Origin: the human T2T-CHM13v2.0 reference genome, Homo sapiens
NCBI RefSeq assembly: GCF_009914755.1
Contig: NC_060930.1
Direction: 5' to 3' (one strand)
Length of the DNA stretch: 64,000 nucleotides
Shown: piece by piece, positions 29,701 to 42,156 of the stretch
Numbering within the stretch: the stretch's first letter is position 1
How the letters are laid out: each line of letters opens with the position of its first letter
Notes under the pieces: model-generated
What the model was told of the DNA's origin: nothing
Database searches by the model: none
Seen by the model: the letters and a program-made list of their open reading frames with translations, nothing else
Position numbers and translations under genes: made by a program

Positions 29701-30129
29701 GACCAAATCTATGTTTGATTGGTGTACTTGAAAGTGACGGTGAGAATGGAACCAAGTTGGAAAACCCTCTTCAGGATATTATCCAGTAGAAATTTCCAAA
29801 CCTAGCAAGGCAGGCCAACATTCAAATTCAGGAAATACAGAGAACACCACAAAGATACTCCTTGAGAAGAGCAACCCTAAGACACATAATCGTCAGATTC
29901 ACCAAGATTGAAGTGAAGGAAGAAATGTTAAGGGCAGCCAGAGAGAAAGGTTTGGTTACCCACAAAGGGAAGCCCGTCAGACTAACAGTGGACCTCTCGG
30001 CAGAAACCCTACATGCCAGAAGAGAGTAGGGGCCAATATTCAACATTCTTAAAGAAAAGAATTTTCAACCCAGAATTTCATATCCAGCCAAACTAAGCTT
30101 CATAAGTGAAGGAGAAATAAAATCCTTTA
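26788..30129 (-). mobile_element. L1PA7 with 5' inversion: 3' part (-) 26788-28656; inverted 5'UTR/ORF1 part (+) 28652-30129
   Basis: PA7-type 3'UTR; strand switch at agact; ORF1 ATG at 29254 on +; TSD tttaattttcttttt at 26773-26787 and 30126-30140. Confidence 0.88.
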
Positions 30130-30140
30130 ATTTTCTTTTT

Positions 30141-30452
30141 CTTTTTCTTTTCTTTCTTTCTTTTTTTTTTTTTTTTTTTTTTTTTTTTGACAGAGTCTCA
30201 CTCTCTCACCAGGCTGGAGTGGAGTTGCACCATCTCGGCTCACTGCAGCCTCCACCCCCTGAGTTCAAGTGATTCTCCTGTCTCAGCCTTCTAAGTAGCT
30301 GGGACCACGGGTGTGCACTACCGTGCCTGGCCAATTTTTGTTTTTTCAGTAAAGATGGGGTTTCACCATGTTGCCCAGACTGGTCTCGAACTCCTGACCT
30401 CAATTGATCTGCCTGTCTTGAACTCCCAAAGTGCTGGGATTACAGGTGTGAG
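30141..30452 (-). mobile_element. Alu (S/Jb-like), lacking its first ~13 nt
   Basis: Poly-T followed by antisense dimer ending attacaggtgtgag. Confidence 0.9.
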
Positions 30453-30924
30453 GTAACCGATGAAGTCTTTTGCTTATTTTTGAGGGTTGTGTTTTTTTCT
30501 AATAAATATTTATTTTTGAATGCACTTTATATAGTCTAAATATAAGTCATTTTCCAAATATGTATACTGAGAATATTTTCTTTCAGTCTGTGCACTGTCT
30601 TACCATTTTCTTAACAGTGTAATTTAAAAAGCCTGTTTTGAACTGAACGGGTGCAGGACATGCCACGCCAAAATATGTTACTTTCGTATATTGATTATTT
30701 TGAGTTGAAGGCACTTGCAAAGCAGCAAATGCAGGTAGAGGCTTTTCCAAATTCCCCTTATCTATCAAAAGAAAGATGCCCCAAAAGAAATTCAGTTGTC
30801 ATAAGTCTCTTCCCCAGCAGTTTCATCAGCTAGGGAAGATTGACTCTTATCACAGGAGAGGAAACTAGATTTCAACACTATACCCAAACTTTGTCACAAA
30901 CAATCATATCTTCCACCTATTATT

Positions 30925-31226
30925 ATTTTTCCTTTCTCTCATTTTTGAGACAGGATCTCACTTTGTCACCCAGGCTGGAGTTCAGTGGCGTGATCTCTGC
31001 TCACCGGAGCCTTGACCTCCTAGGCTCAAGCGATCCTCCATCTCAGCCCCTCACGTAGCTGTAAGTACAGGTATGCACCACCACACTGGCTAAGTTTTGT
31101 ATTTTTTGTAGAGATGGAGTTTCACCATGTTGCCAAGGCTGGTCTTGAACTCCTGGGCTTAAGTGATCTACCCAGCTCAACGGCCCAAAGTGCTGAGATT
31201 GCAGGTGTGAGCCACCGCATCCAGCC
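30925..31226 (-). mobile_element. AluJ
   Basis: gccttgacctcc.aggctcaagcgatcctcc diagnostics; TSD ccacctattatt. Confidence 0.9.
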
Positions 31227-31247
31227 CCACCTATTATTTTAAGGACC

Positions 31248-31660
31248 TGTGTTAGTCCGTTTTGCATTGCTATAAAGGAATACCTGAAACTGGGTAATTT
31301 ATAAAGAAAGGTTTATCTGGTTCACGGCTCTGCAGGCTGTACAAGAAGCATGGTGCCAGCATCTGCTTCTGGTGAGGGCTTCGGAGAGCAACCAATTATG
31401 GTGAAAGAGGAAGGGGAGCTGGCATATCACATGGTGAGAGAAGGAGCAAGAGAGAGAAGTGGAGGCGCCAGGATTTTTTTAAACAACCAGTTTTTGTGTG
31501 TACTAACTGAGCAGGAACTCACTCATTATCATAAGAGGGCACCAAAGCATTCATGAGAGATATATCCCCATGACCCAAACACCTTCCACCAGCCACCCCC
31601 AACACTGGGGGTCACATTTTCAAATGAGATTTGGAGGGGATAAATATCCAAGCAATATCA
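31248..31660 (-). mobile_element. MSTB-like solo LTR
   Basis: tgtgttagtccgttttgcattgctataaagg...atatca; perfect TSD ggacc. Confidence 0.88.
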
Positions 31661-32107
31661 GGACCCATTTACTTTTCCTAAAAGTCATTTACTCTCCCCT
31701 AAGTGACCTACTTTTCCCTCCTCCCATTCTCCTCTTAAGGCTGTATATAAACTTTCAAATTCCACCACTTCTTTTTGGTATTCATTTTTTTTCCCCTTGT
31801 GATGCTTCATGCGTGTAACATTAAAAATTAATAAATTTGTATACCTTTTCTCTTGTTAATCTTCCTGTTGTCGGTTTATTTCATAGACCTAGTTTATTTC
31901 AAACTTAGGAATGTGGTGAGAAAATCATTCCTGCTCTATAGAATTTTATTTAAGTCCAATTTACATATATATGTGTATATGAATGATGATTTTTCTGTAC
32001 TATCTTTGCCTACTTCACTATTATAAAGAGGTTGTCTTATGTTTTCTTCATAGAAATGTTACATTTTTAGGCTTTATGCTTAGATCTATAATACACTTTG
32101 AGCTAAC

Positions 32108-32226
32108 TTTTTTTTTTTTGAGATGGAGTCTCTCTCTGTCACCTAGGCTGGAGTTTAGTGGCATGATTTTGGCTCACTGCAACCTCCCCTCCCAGGTTCA
32201 AGTGATTCTCCTCCCTCAGCCTCCTA
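32108..32226 (-). mobile_element. 5'-truncated AluS (part of right monomer)
   Basis: Poly-T plus ~107 nt of Alu; TSD gagctaac. Confidence 0.88.
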
Positions 32227-33929
32227 GAGCTAACATTTATATGTAAAAACGTAGTAGTAGCTCTCAGGTAGCAGTAGAGGTTTACATTTTTTTCCATGTA
32301 AATATCAAGTTGTTCTAGGACCATTTGATGCAAATATAATTTTCCTATAAAATTATCTCAGCACCTTTGTCAAAATAAATTCAGTGCAAATGTACAGACC
32401 TACTCTGTATTCAGTATTTTGTTCCTTTGATCCTTATCTCACTCCTTATATCAATGACAAATTATCTTGATTTCTGTAGTTATATACTAAGGCTTGAAAT
32501 CAAGTAATGCATGTTCTTCAAATTCGTTCTTCTTTTTAAAAACAAATTTTATTATTCTGGGTTCTTTGCATTTCTATGTAATTTTAGGAACAGCTTAACT
32601 TTCACAAAAGCCTCCTTGTGTTTTATTGGGATTGTATTGAAGAGATAGGTCAATTATGGAGAATTGTCTTAGCAACATGAGACATATGAATTCATGAAGA
32701 TAGAATTTTCCTCCATTTCTTCAGGTGTTTTAAAATTTTACACAGAAATGTTTTGAAATATTTAAAATGTAAGTTTTCCACATATTTTAAGAATTTATCC
32801 TTCAGTATTTCATGTCTTTGCTGCTTTTGTAAATTGTTACAGTTTGATTTTCAATTTCTAATTATTCATTGATAGTAAACAGCAATAAAATTGATTTTTT
32901 ACATTGATTTTATATCTTGCATGCTTGTTAAATTTTCTTATCATTTCTCAGAATCACTTTGTATATTTCTTACCATATTCCATGTGAATGATCATGTCAT
33001 CTGGGAACAAAGACAGCTATATTTCCTCCTTATCCATGAGGATGCATTTTATTTATTTTTCTCACCTTATTGCATTGGCTAAAATTTTCAGTACAATTTG
33101 AGTAGAAGAGTATATTCCCTCATAGCTCCTGATATATAGTGAAAACATTCAGTTTTTCCTCATTAAGTATTATGTCACTACAGGTTTTTCATAGATGCCT
33201 TATCTGTTTGAGGAAATTTCCCTGAATTTCTAGTTTGCTCAGAATTTTTAATATGGATGGATAATAAATTTTGCTAACTGTTTTTCTGCACCTACTGGGA
33301 TGTTCATATAACTTAACGGTTTTATTTTGTCAATATGGTGCAGTATATGGCTTGATTTTCAGGTATTAAACCAACATTGAATTCCTGAGATAATCACTAC
33401 ATTTTTCACTTTTTCATTGTTGTATTATATTTCTCTATATTACTAGAATTGATTTGTCTAACATTGCTAATTTTATCTAAGTTTTTCATCTGTTTTCCAG
33501 TTGGATATTAATGTATAGCTTTCTTCTTTCCTTCCTTCCTTCCTTTCTCTCTCTCTCTCTCCTTTTAAATAATTTGGCTCTTTTTCATATCAGGGTAATG
33601 TTGGTTTCATAAAATCATTTAGGCAGTGTATTTTCTGAAATTGTTTTCACTTATTGATATTTTCTTTTTCTCAAAGTGCTTGATAAGATTCAATTGTAAA
33701 CTCTTGGTTCTAAATTTTTTTGTGGTAAAGTGAATTGAATATACATTACATTTCTTTAGTAAATTTAGGGGTATTTATGTTTTCTATTTTTTCTTGAGTG
33801 AACTTTGATTGTTTATATCTTAGAAGAAATTTTTCCTCTTCATAAAAATTGTCAAACTTGGTGTCAAATTTGACACATCAACTTGATCATTTATTCTTAA
33901 GTACAAGTACAATTATGCCTGTTTCTACA

Positions 33930-34753
33930 GTTACTAAAGGCAAAAACCATATGATTATATCAATAGATGAAGAAAATGCTTTCAATAAAATTCAACATAT
34001 ATTTATGTTAAAGACTCTCAGTACACTAGGTATTGAAGGGACATACCTCAAAATAGTAAGAGCCACATACAACAAAGCCACAGCAAACATCATAATCAAT
34101 GGGCAAAAGCTGGAAGCATTCCTCATGAAAACTGGCGCAAGACAAGGATGCCCTCTCTCACCACGTATATTCATATAGTATTCTCTTCCTATTTGGATGC
34201 CTTTATTTCTTTCTCTTGCCTGGCCAGGGCAATCAGGCAAGAGAAAGAGATAAAGGACATCCAAATAGGAAGAGAAGAAGTCAAACTATACCTGTTTGCA
34301 GACAACATAATCCTATATCTAGTAAACCCCATCAACTCAGCCCAAAAGCTTCTTAAGCTGATGAACAACTTCAGCAAAGTCTCAGTATACAAAATCAATG
34401 TGCAAAAATCCCTAGCCCTGCTATACACTAACAAGAGTCAAACCAAGAGCCATGAATGAATGGCTCAAATCAGAAATGAACTCCCATTCACAATTGCCAC
34501 AAAAAGAATAAAATACCTAGAAAAACAGCTAACTAGCGAGGCAAAAGATCTCTACAAGGAGAACTACAAACCACTGCTCAAAGAAATCAGAGGTGACACA
34601 AACAAATGGAAAAACCTTTGATAGGAAGAATCAATACCATTAAAATGGCCATACTTCCCAAAGCAATTTATAGATTCAATGCTATTCCTATTAAACTACC
34701 ACCGAGATTCTTTACAGATCTAGAAGAAACTATTTTAAAATTTACGTGAAACC

Positions 34754-34786
<33 letters not shown>

Positions 34787-36646
34787 CAAATAGCCAAGGC
34801 AATCCTAAGCAAAAAGAACAAAGCTGGAGGCATTATACTACTCGACTTCAAACTATACTACAGGGCTACTGTAATCAAAACAGCATGGTACTGATATAAA
34901 ACAAACATATAGACCAATGGAATAGAATGGAGAACCCAGAAATAAGACTACATACCTACAACTGTCTGATCTTCAACAAACTTGGCAAAAACAAGCAATA
35001 AGGAAAGGATTTCCTCTTCAATAAATGGTGCTGAGATAACTGGGTAGCCATATGCAGAAGATTTTAAATTAACTCAATTAACTCATACAAACATTAACTC
35101 AAAATGGATTAAAGACTTAAATGTAAAATCTAAAACTGGCCAGTACAGTGGCTCACGCCTGTAATCCCAGCACTTTGGGAGGCTGAGATGCGTGGATCAC
35201 CTGAGGTAAGGAACTTGAGACCAGCCTGGCCAACATGGTGAAACCCTGTCTCTACTAAAAATACAAAAATGAGCAGGGCATGGTGGCACATGCCTGTAAT
35301 TCCAGCTACCCAGGAGGCTGAGGGAAGAGAATAGCTGGAACCCGGGATGAGCCAGGCATGGTGGCATGTGCCTGTAATCCCAGCTATTCGGGAGGGCTGA
35401 GGGAGGAGAATAGCTGGAACCTGGGAGGCAGAGTTTGCAGTTAGCTGAGATGGCGCCATTGCACTCCAGCCTGGGCTATAAAACAAGACTCTGTCTCAAA
35501 GAAAAAAAATTTAAACTATAAAAACCCTAGAAGACAACCTAGGCAATACCATTCAGGACATAGGCATGGGCAAAGATTTCATGACAAAAACACCAAAAGG
35601 AATTGCAACAAAAGCAAAAATTGACAAACTAGGATCTAATTCAACTAAAGAGCTTCTGCACAGCAAGATAAACTATCAACAGAATAAATAGACTACCTAT
35701 GGAAAGAGAGAAATTTTTTGCAAACTATACATCTGACAAAGGTCTAATATCCAGCATCTATAAGGAACTTAAACAAATTTACAATACAAAACCAAACAAC
35801 CCCATTAAAAAGTGGGCAGAGAACATGAACAGTCACTTTTCAAAAGAAGACATACACGCAACCAACAATTATATTTTTAAAAAGCTCAACATCACTGATC
35901 ATTAGAGAAATGCAAATCAAAATCACAGTGAGATACCATCTTACACCAGTCACAATGGCTATTACTAAAAGGTCAAAAAAAGAAGAGACAGATGCTGGCA
36001 AAGTTATGGAGAAAAAGGGATGCTTATACTGTTGATGGGACTGTAAATTAGTTCAACCATTGTGAAAGACAGCACAGCGATTCCTCGAAAACCTAAGGAA
36101 AGAATTACCATTCGACCTAGCAATCTCATTACTGGGTATGTACTCAAAGGAATATAAATCATTGTATTATAAAGACACACACACCCATGTTCATTGCAGC
36201 ACTATTCATAATAGCAAAGACATGGAATCAACCTAAATGCCCATCAGTGATAGACTGGATAAAGAAAATGGTATATAAACACCATGGAATGCAATGCAGC
36301 CATAAAAAGAACGAAATCATGTCCTTTGCAGGGACATGGATAAAGCTGGAGGCCATTATTCTTAGCAAACTAACACAGGAGCAGAAAACCAAATACCGCA
36401 TGTTCTCACTTATAAGTGGGAGCTAAATGTTGAGAACACATGAACACACAGAGGGGAACAACACACACTGGGGCCTATGAGAGGGTGGAGGGTGGGAGGA
36501 GGGAGAGGATTTGGAAAAATAACTAATGGGTACTAGATTTAATACCTGAGTGATTAAAGAACCTGTACAACAAACCCCCGTGACACACGTTTACCTATGT
36601 AACTAATCTGCACATGTACCCATGAATTTAAAAAGTTAAAAAAAAA
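33930..36646 (+). mobile_element. 5'-truncated L1PA13-like LINE-1
   Basis: ORF2 RT-to-C-terminus remnants ([19 protein letters not shown]); 3'UTR aaaaataactaatgggtactag. Confidence 0.85.
35138..35509 (+). mobile_element. AluS (Sq-like) with 78-bp internal tandem duplication
   Basis: Dimer with 35269-35346 repeated at 35347-35425; TSD ~aaaatctaaaact/aaaatttaaact. Confidence 0.9.
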
Positions 36647-36939
36647 TCTTATGTCATTAAAGGGCTTCCCAATGTATGATATTTCTATTGATTGTATGTT
36701 TGCTATATTACTGTACAGTTTTACTTTTCAAACATAATGAAATATTTTAAATTCTCTTATTGCTTTAATCTGACAGAATTATATTATGCCCCTACTAACA
36801 AAATGTTTTTTTACTAGCTACAATCTACAGTTGACATTACGTTTATAGAAACAAATATAGATTGAAAAGTCATGTAAAAGGAAGAAGCATATGTGAAAGA
36901 AAATAAGTTTTTTATTTGACTTAAGGATTTGTTTAACTT

Positions 36940-37110
36940 TGCTCATTTATTAATTTATTCAATCTACAAACATTGTGCTTAGCACCAGCAATGTAACAGA
37001 TTACTACATATTGAGGATATAAAGTTATGTAAGACCTCTTTAATGTCAATGAAGTCACATGTTCAAAAAGATAAAAATTAATTTGATAACATGTTAAAAG
37101 TGATAATATA
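36940..37110 (-). mobile_element. L2 3' end fragment
   Basis: cattta..ttattcaa..caaacatt..agcacc pattern. Confidence 0.45.
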
Positions 37111-37959
37111 GATATATAGCATATATACTCAATGAATAGCTACACAATCAGTACATTTTATAATGTTAATAATAATAACCATGATAATATTATGATAATG
37201 TTAGCCTATATTTCCCAGCTTTAAAAATAGTACTTTATTATATTTGCATATAACCCCAGATTAGTTCTAATACCTGTATTGATCACAGTATATTTTTAGT
37301 CTTTTAAACTCCTACAGCTTGGGGCACTGGAGTTTTCATGACGAGAAACGTGAGTCTTTTCCAAAAGGTTCTGCATTCAGGGGTTACAAACTTGTGGGAT
37401 CCCAGAAAGAAAGTTAAGAAGCTTGTGAATGTGGCATGATGACAGACTGGCTTCTAAGCCTAACTGACACATCCTTGAATACTACCAGGAGGAAAAAAAA
37501 CCCTGGTGCATAAATGGAGGGAAGCTTATTTCCTACTTAGGCATATAAGAGAGAGGTTGGTGGCCCATATTTAAATATATGTCCATTTTTAAAACCACAG
37601 ACTAGTAAGGTTTGGGAATACTGGATATAACTAAAATAAATTCCTATCAACTGAGATAACATCATCATATCCTAAAATGTTTGTTCCAATCTGAGGAAGC
37701 TTAACTAATACAATTATATGAGACACTTTTTTCTATAAGAAATGAGCACAGGCAGCAGTATTGAGAGTTTTTTTCCTACTGAATTAATGTGGGGATAGAA
37801 AAGACTAAGAGTTATGTTATTTTTATTTTTTGCTATTTCAAGCCAAAAAGGATTGTGATCAAAGAAGAAAACAACGAACTAAGAATAATGTGTTAGAAAT
37901 TATCTCATAGAAATAGTTGAATTAATTTGTATAATTTAACAAATTATAATTACTACTAC

Positions 37960-38130
37960 TATTCTTTTTATTCAACTTTTTTTTGAAAAAATCATAGGCT
38001 TACTAATAGTTGCAAAAATAATACAGAGAGGGTCTGTATATACATCATCCAGTTTCTGCCAAGAGTGGCATCTTACACAGTGTTATCTAGGTCAGGATAT
38101 TTATACTGGCAAATTTCAATTAAACTAGAC
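37960..38130 (-). mobile_element. L1MC/MD extreme 3' end
   Basis: agttgcaaaaataatacagagag..catccagtttc..catcttaca. Confidence 0.65.
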
Positions 38131-40752
38131 CAATTCCTCAAATGCCACAAACTACCTAAACTCACCCAAGATGAAATAGAGAATTTGAATGTTCTGCAAC
38201 TATTAGAGAAATTGAATTTCTCATATCAAACTTCTGAAAAGTGAATTTCATTGGAGAATTTTACCAAGTACTTACAGAAGAATTAATATCAACTCTATAT
38301 AATCTCTCTCAGAAAATAGAAGAGGGTACACTTCCTGACATATTTTTTGAGGCCAGCATTATCATGATACAAAAACTAGATGAAGATTGTACCCCAAAAT
38401 CAAACTACAAATCAGTATTTTGCAAGAACATAGATGCAAAAATCCTCGAGAAAATATTATATTAAATTTAGTAATACATAAAAAATTATATATAATGACC
38501 AAGTTAATTTTTTTTTCACATGTATAAGGCTAGTTTAACACTAAAATAATCTATCAATGTAGCCATCATATTAAGAGACTGGAGAGGAAAAAATCACATG
38601 GTTACCTCAATTAATGCAGGAAAAGTATGACAGAATGCAAAATTTATTCCTGATAAAAACTTTCAGTTAATTGGGAATAGAAGAAAACTTCCTCAACCTG
38701 ATATAAAACATCTATGGAAAACCTCCATGTAGCATCATCCTCAACACTGAATACACTGGAAACAAGGCAAGAATGTTGCCAAGGTTTGAATATTTGTCCC
38801 CTCCAAAACTCATGTTGAAATTTAATCTCCAGTGTGGTATCACTGAGAAGTGGGGCCTTTTTAAGAGGTAACTGGGTCACGAGGGCTTTGCTCTCAGGAA
38901 TGTATTAACCCATTTGTGGACTAATGGATTAACAGGTTATCAAAGCATTTGGGCCGGTAGCTTTATGAGAAAAGGAAGAGAGACCTGAGCTAGCACACTC
39001 AGCCCCCTCACCATACGATGCACTGTGCCACTTTGGGACTCTGTAGAGAGTCTCCGCCAGCAAAAATGCCCTCACCAAATCTGGCCCCTTGACCTTGGAT
39101 TTCTCAGTCTTCATAACTGTAAGAAATAAACTCCTTTTAAAAATAAATTACCCAGTTTTGGGTATTCTGTTGTAAGCAACATAAACAGACTAATACAGAT
39201 GTCCACTCTCACCATTCTTATTTAACAGAGTATTGGAAGACCCTGACAGCGCAAAAGGCAAGAAAATAAAAGTATGTAGATTGGAAAGGAAGAAGTAAAA
39301 TTGTCTTTACTTTGAGATTACATGATATTCTAAATATAAAACCATAAAAAATCTAAAAAACATTAGAACTACTAAGTAGGCTCAGTAAGGTCAAGGGTAC
39401 AAGGTCAGCACACAAACTATTTGTATTACTTTATTCTAAAAATAAACTTTTGGAAAACAAAATTTAAAACACAATACCATTTATAATTACTCTGAAAACG
39501 CATGAAGTACTTAGGCATAAATTTAACAAAACATGAACAGAATCTGTATGCTAAAAACTACAAAATCATGATGAAAAACGAGCTAGATAGAGAGACAAAC
39601 CATGTTCCTGGACGGCAAAGCTCAACATAATAAAGAGGTTAATTCTCCTTAAACCAATTTGTGGATTAAACACGTTTCTTGTCAAATTCCCAACAAGATG
39701 GAGGAAGGATTGTATAATTGTAGTTTCAAGTGATTTATGCACATTTGAATGTCAGTTGACAAAACAAACAAACAAAAAAAACAAAAAAAACAAGCTTACG
39801 CAAAAACCATTTACAGGAATTTGCTTAAAATTAATCATGTATATAAAACATAAAGCTACAAACATTTAAAGGAGAATATTGGAAAAAATCTTCATGATTT
39901 AGCATTAGGCAAAGACTTGCTAGACATAACATCAAAAGAATGATCCATAAGAGAAAAAGTAGATAAATTGAACCTCATAAAAAATTTAAAATATTTGCTC
40001 TGTAAAGACTCCGTTAAATGTCTATTAGGTTAAGTTAGCTGATAAAATAAAAGCCACTGACTGGGAGAAAATATTTGGAAATCACCTATATGACAGAAAC
40101 TTGAATCCAGAAAATAAACTTTCAACTCTACAGTCAGAAAAAAAGGAACCCAGTTAGAAAATATTCAAAAATCTTGAGCACTTCACTAAAACAGATATAT
40201 AAGTAGTAAATAAACACATGAAAGATGTTCAATATCACTAGCCATTAGAGAAATACAAATTAAAAGCTACCATGATATGACACTACACACCTATTAGAAT
40301 GGCTAAAATGAAAAAACAATAAACAAAAAAACAAAACTAATAACACCAGTGCTGTACAGAATAGTGGAATCTGCTGGTGTGAATGTAAAGTGATATAGCT
40401 ACTGTGGAAATCAGTCTACCTTTTTCTTAAAAAGTTAACCATACACTTACCATACAACTCAGCAATTACAACCCTGGTTATCTATCCTAGAAAAATAAAA
40501 ATTTATGTTACACAAACACCTGAATAGAAATTTTTATAATAGTTTAATTTGTTATAGCTACAAACTTGAAACTACCCAGAAGTCTTTGATACGTATGGGT
40601 AAATGAACAGTGGTATATCTATACAATGTAATACTTCTGTGCAATAAAAATTGATGAACTATTGATACACACAGCAACTTGCATGGATCTCAAGGTCATA
40701 ATGTTGAAAAAAAAAAAGCCAGCCTCAAAATGTTATGTGCCATATGACTTCC
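38128..40752 (+). mobile_element. L1M (MD/ME1-like) ORF2 to start of 3'UTR, with MSTD insertion
   Basis: ORF 38241..38465 is ORF2-like (GEFYQ..FFEASI..NIDAKIL); collinear to catggatctcaagg..aagccag. Confidence 0.75.
38777..39197 (+). mobile_element. MSTD-like solo LTR
   Basis: tgcca.ggtttgaatatttgtcccctccaaaactc...gactaataca; TSD aatgt/gatgt. Confidence 0.85.
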
Positions 40753-41267
40753 ATGCATTTAAATTCATCGATATTTGTTTATCATCCAGATTATGGTCTA
40801 TCTTGGTAAATGTTCTGTGTAATTTTGAAAGGAATTTTTATTCTTTTTTGACTAATAATGTTCAATATCATTTTAGAGTATTGTGTAAATTTCAATTAGG
40901 TGAAGCTGGTTGATAGTGTTACTCAATTCTTCTAAAGTTGAACTGATTTTTTTAATCCATTCAACCTATCAGTTATTGAGAGGGGTATTGAAATCTGCCT
41001 GTGTAAATGTGTATATGTCTATTTCTCTTGCAATTCTATTCTTTTTACTTCATGTATTTTGAAACTCTACTTAGTATTGTGATGTCCTTTTGTTATATTT
41101 ACTCTTTTATAATTTATGAACTGACTTCCTTTAACCCAAGTCATATTCTTTCCTTTGAAGTCCATTTTACCAAAATTCATACAGCAATTCTACCTTTCTT
41201 TTGATTTTTTTCTATCCTTTATATTTAATATTTGTGTATTGGGTTTAAAAATGATTTTATTGCTTGT

Positions 41268-41600
41268 TAAAGAAGAGAGTAAACTCATGGTTACCAGGGG
41301 CTGGTGGGGTGGGTTGGGGGATTGGGGAGATGTTGGTCAAGGGATACAGTTAGATAAAAATCAGTTCAAGATACAACATGGTGACTGTAATTAGTAACAA
41401 TGTATTCCATGCTTGAAAGTCACTAAAAGAGTAGATTTTGAGTATTCTCAGAATAAAAAAAGATAACCATATGAGGTAATGCATATGTTAATTAGCTCAA
41501 TTCAGTCATTCCCCAATGTATACATATTTCAAAACATCATATTGTACACCATAAATATATGCATTCTTTTTTTGTCAATTAAAAAATAACAAGAAAAATA
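41268..41600 (+). mobile_element. L1MA5/6-like 3' end
   Basis: ggttaccaggggctgg..ggagatgttggtcaa..tgaggtaatgcatatgttaattagctc..tgtcaattaaaaaa. Confidence 0.8.
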
Positions 41601-41886
41601 AATTTCTTATAGGCAGCATATAGTAAAGTCTTGCTTTTTATTCCATCTGATTATCTATACTTTACTTTTCCATTGTAAAGTCATTTATATTTAATGTAAT
41701 TATTAATATGGTTAGATTTAAATCTACAAACTTATTTATAGTTTATTTTTCCCTTCTGATTGCTGTTCCCTTTTTCCTTTTTTCTGCCTTATTTTTGATT
41801 CAGTGATTATTTTATGTCATTGCTTTTGTTGACTTATTAACTAGAATGATTTGTTTTATTACTCCTGTGGTTTAATTAGCGTTAAG

Positions 41887-42156
41887 TCTGAAGTTAGAAT
41901 TTTTTTTTTCTGTAAAGAAAGTTATTAAACATCTTAGGCTTTAAAAGTCATGTGAAGTCTCTGTGGTATACTCCTCTTTCCCCCCTGCTTCTCTTCTTCC
42001 TCTTCCCCCTCCTCTTATTCTTCTGTTTTTTCTTGTTCATCTAATAAACTGTTAAAAATGAAAAACATTATTTTTAGCTCATGAACCACACAAAACAACA
42101 ACAAAAACCAACAGCAATTAAAAAAATAGACCATAGGCCATAGTTTAATGACCCTC
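41887..42156 (+). mobile_element. MER58-type hAT-Charlie MITE
   Basis: ttttctgtaaag..ttaggcttt..gtctctgt..ttaaaaatg..ttagctc..ggccatagttt..gaccc. Confidence 0.6.

Larger units (their letters stand above)
30644..31940 (+). mobile_element. ERV1 LTR (MER34-family-like) containing AluJ and MSTB
   Basis: tgaa..caggacatgccac.ccaaaatatg..gattattttgagttgaaggca; aataaa near 31830; TSD gaac/gaat. Confidence 0.65.
25790..33890 (-). mobile_element. Old L1M (MD/ME-like) 3' portion acting as host for nested ERV1 LTRs, L1PA7, Alus and MSTB
   Basis: Collinear antisense pieces at ~25790-26164, 26614-26780, 30460-30643 and 31945-33890. Confidence 0.7.

Noticed and set aside
37318-37349. Possible 32-nt exon (cctacag|...|gtgagt)
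   Set aside because: Splice-like motifs alone are common; no ORF, homology or transcript support is visible
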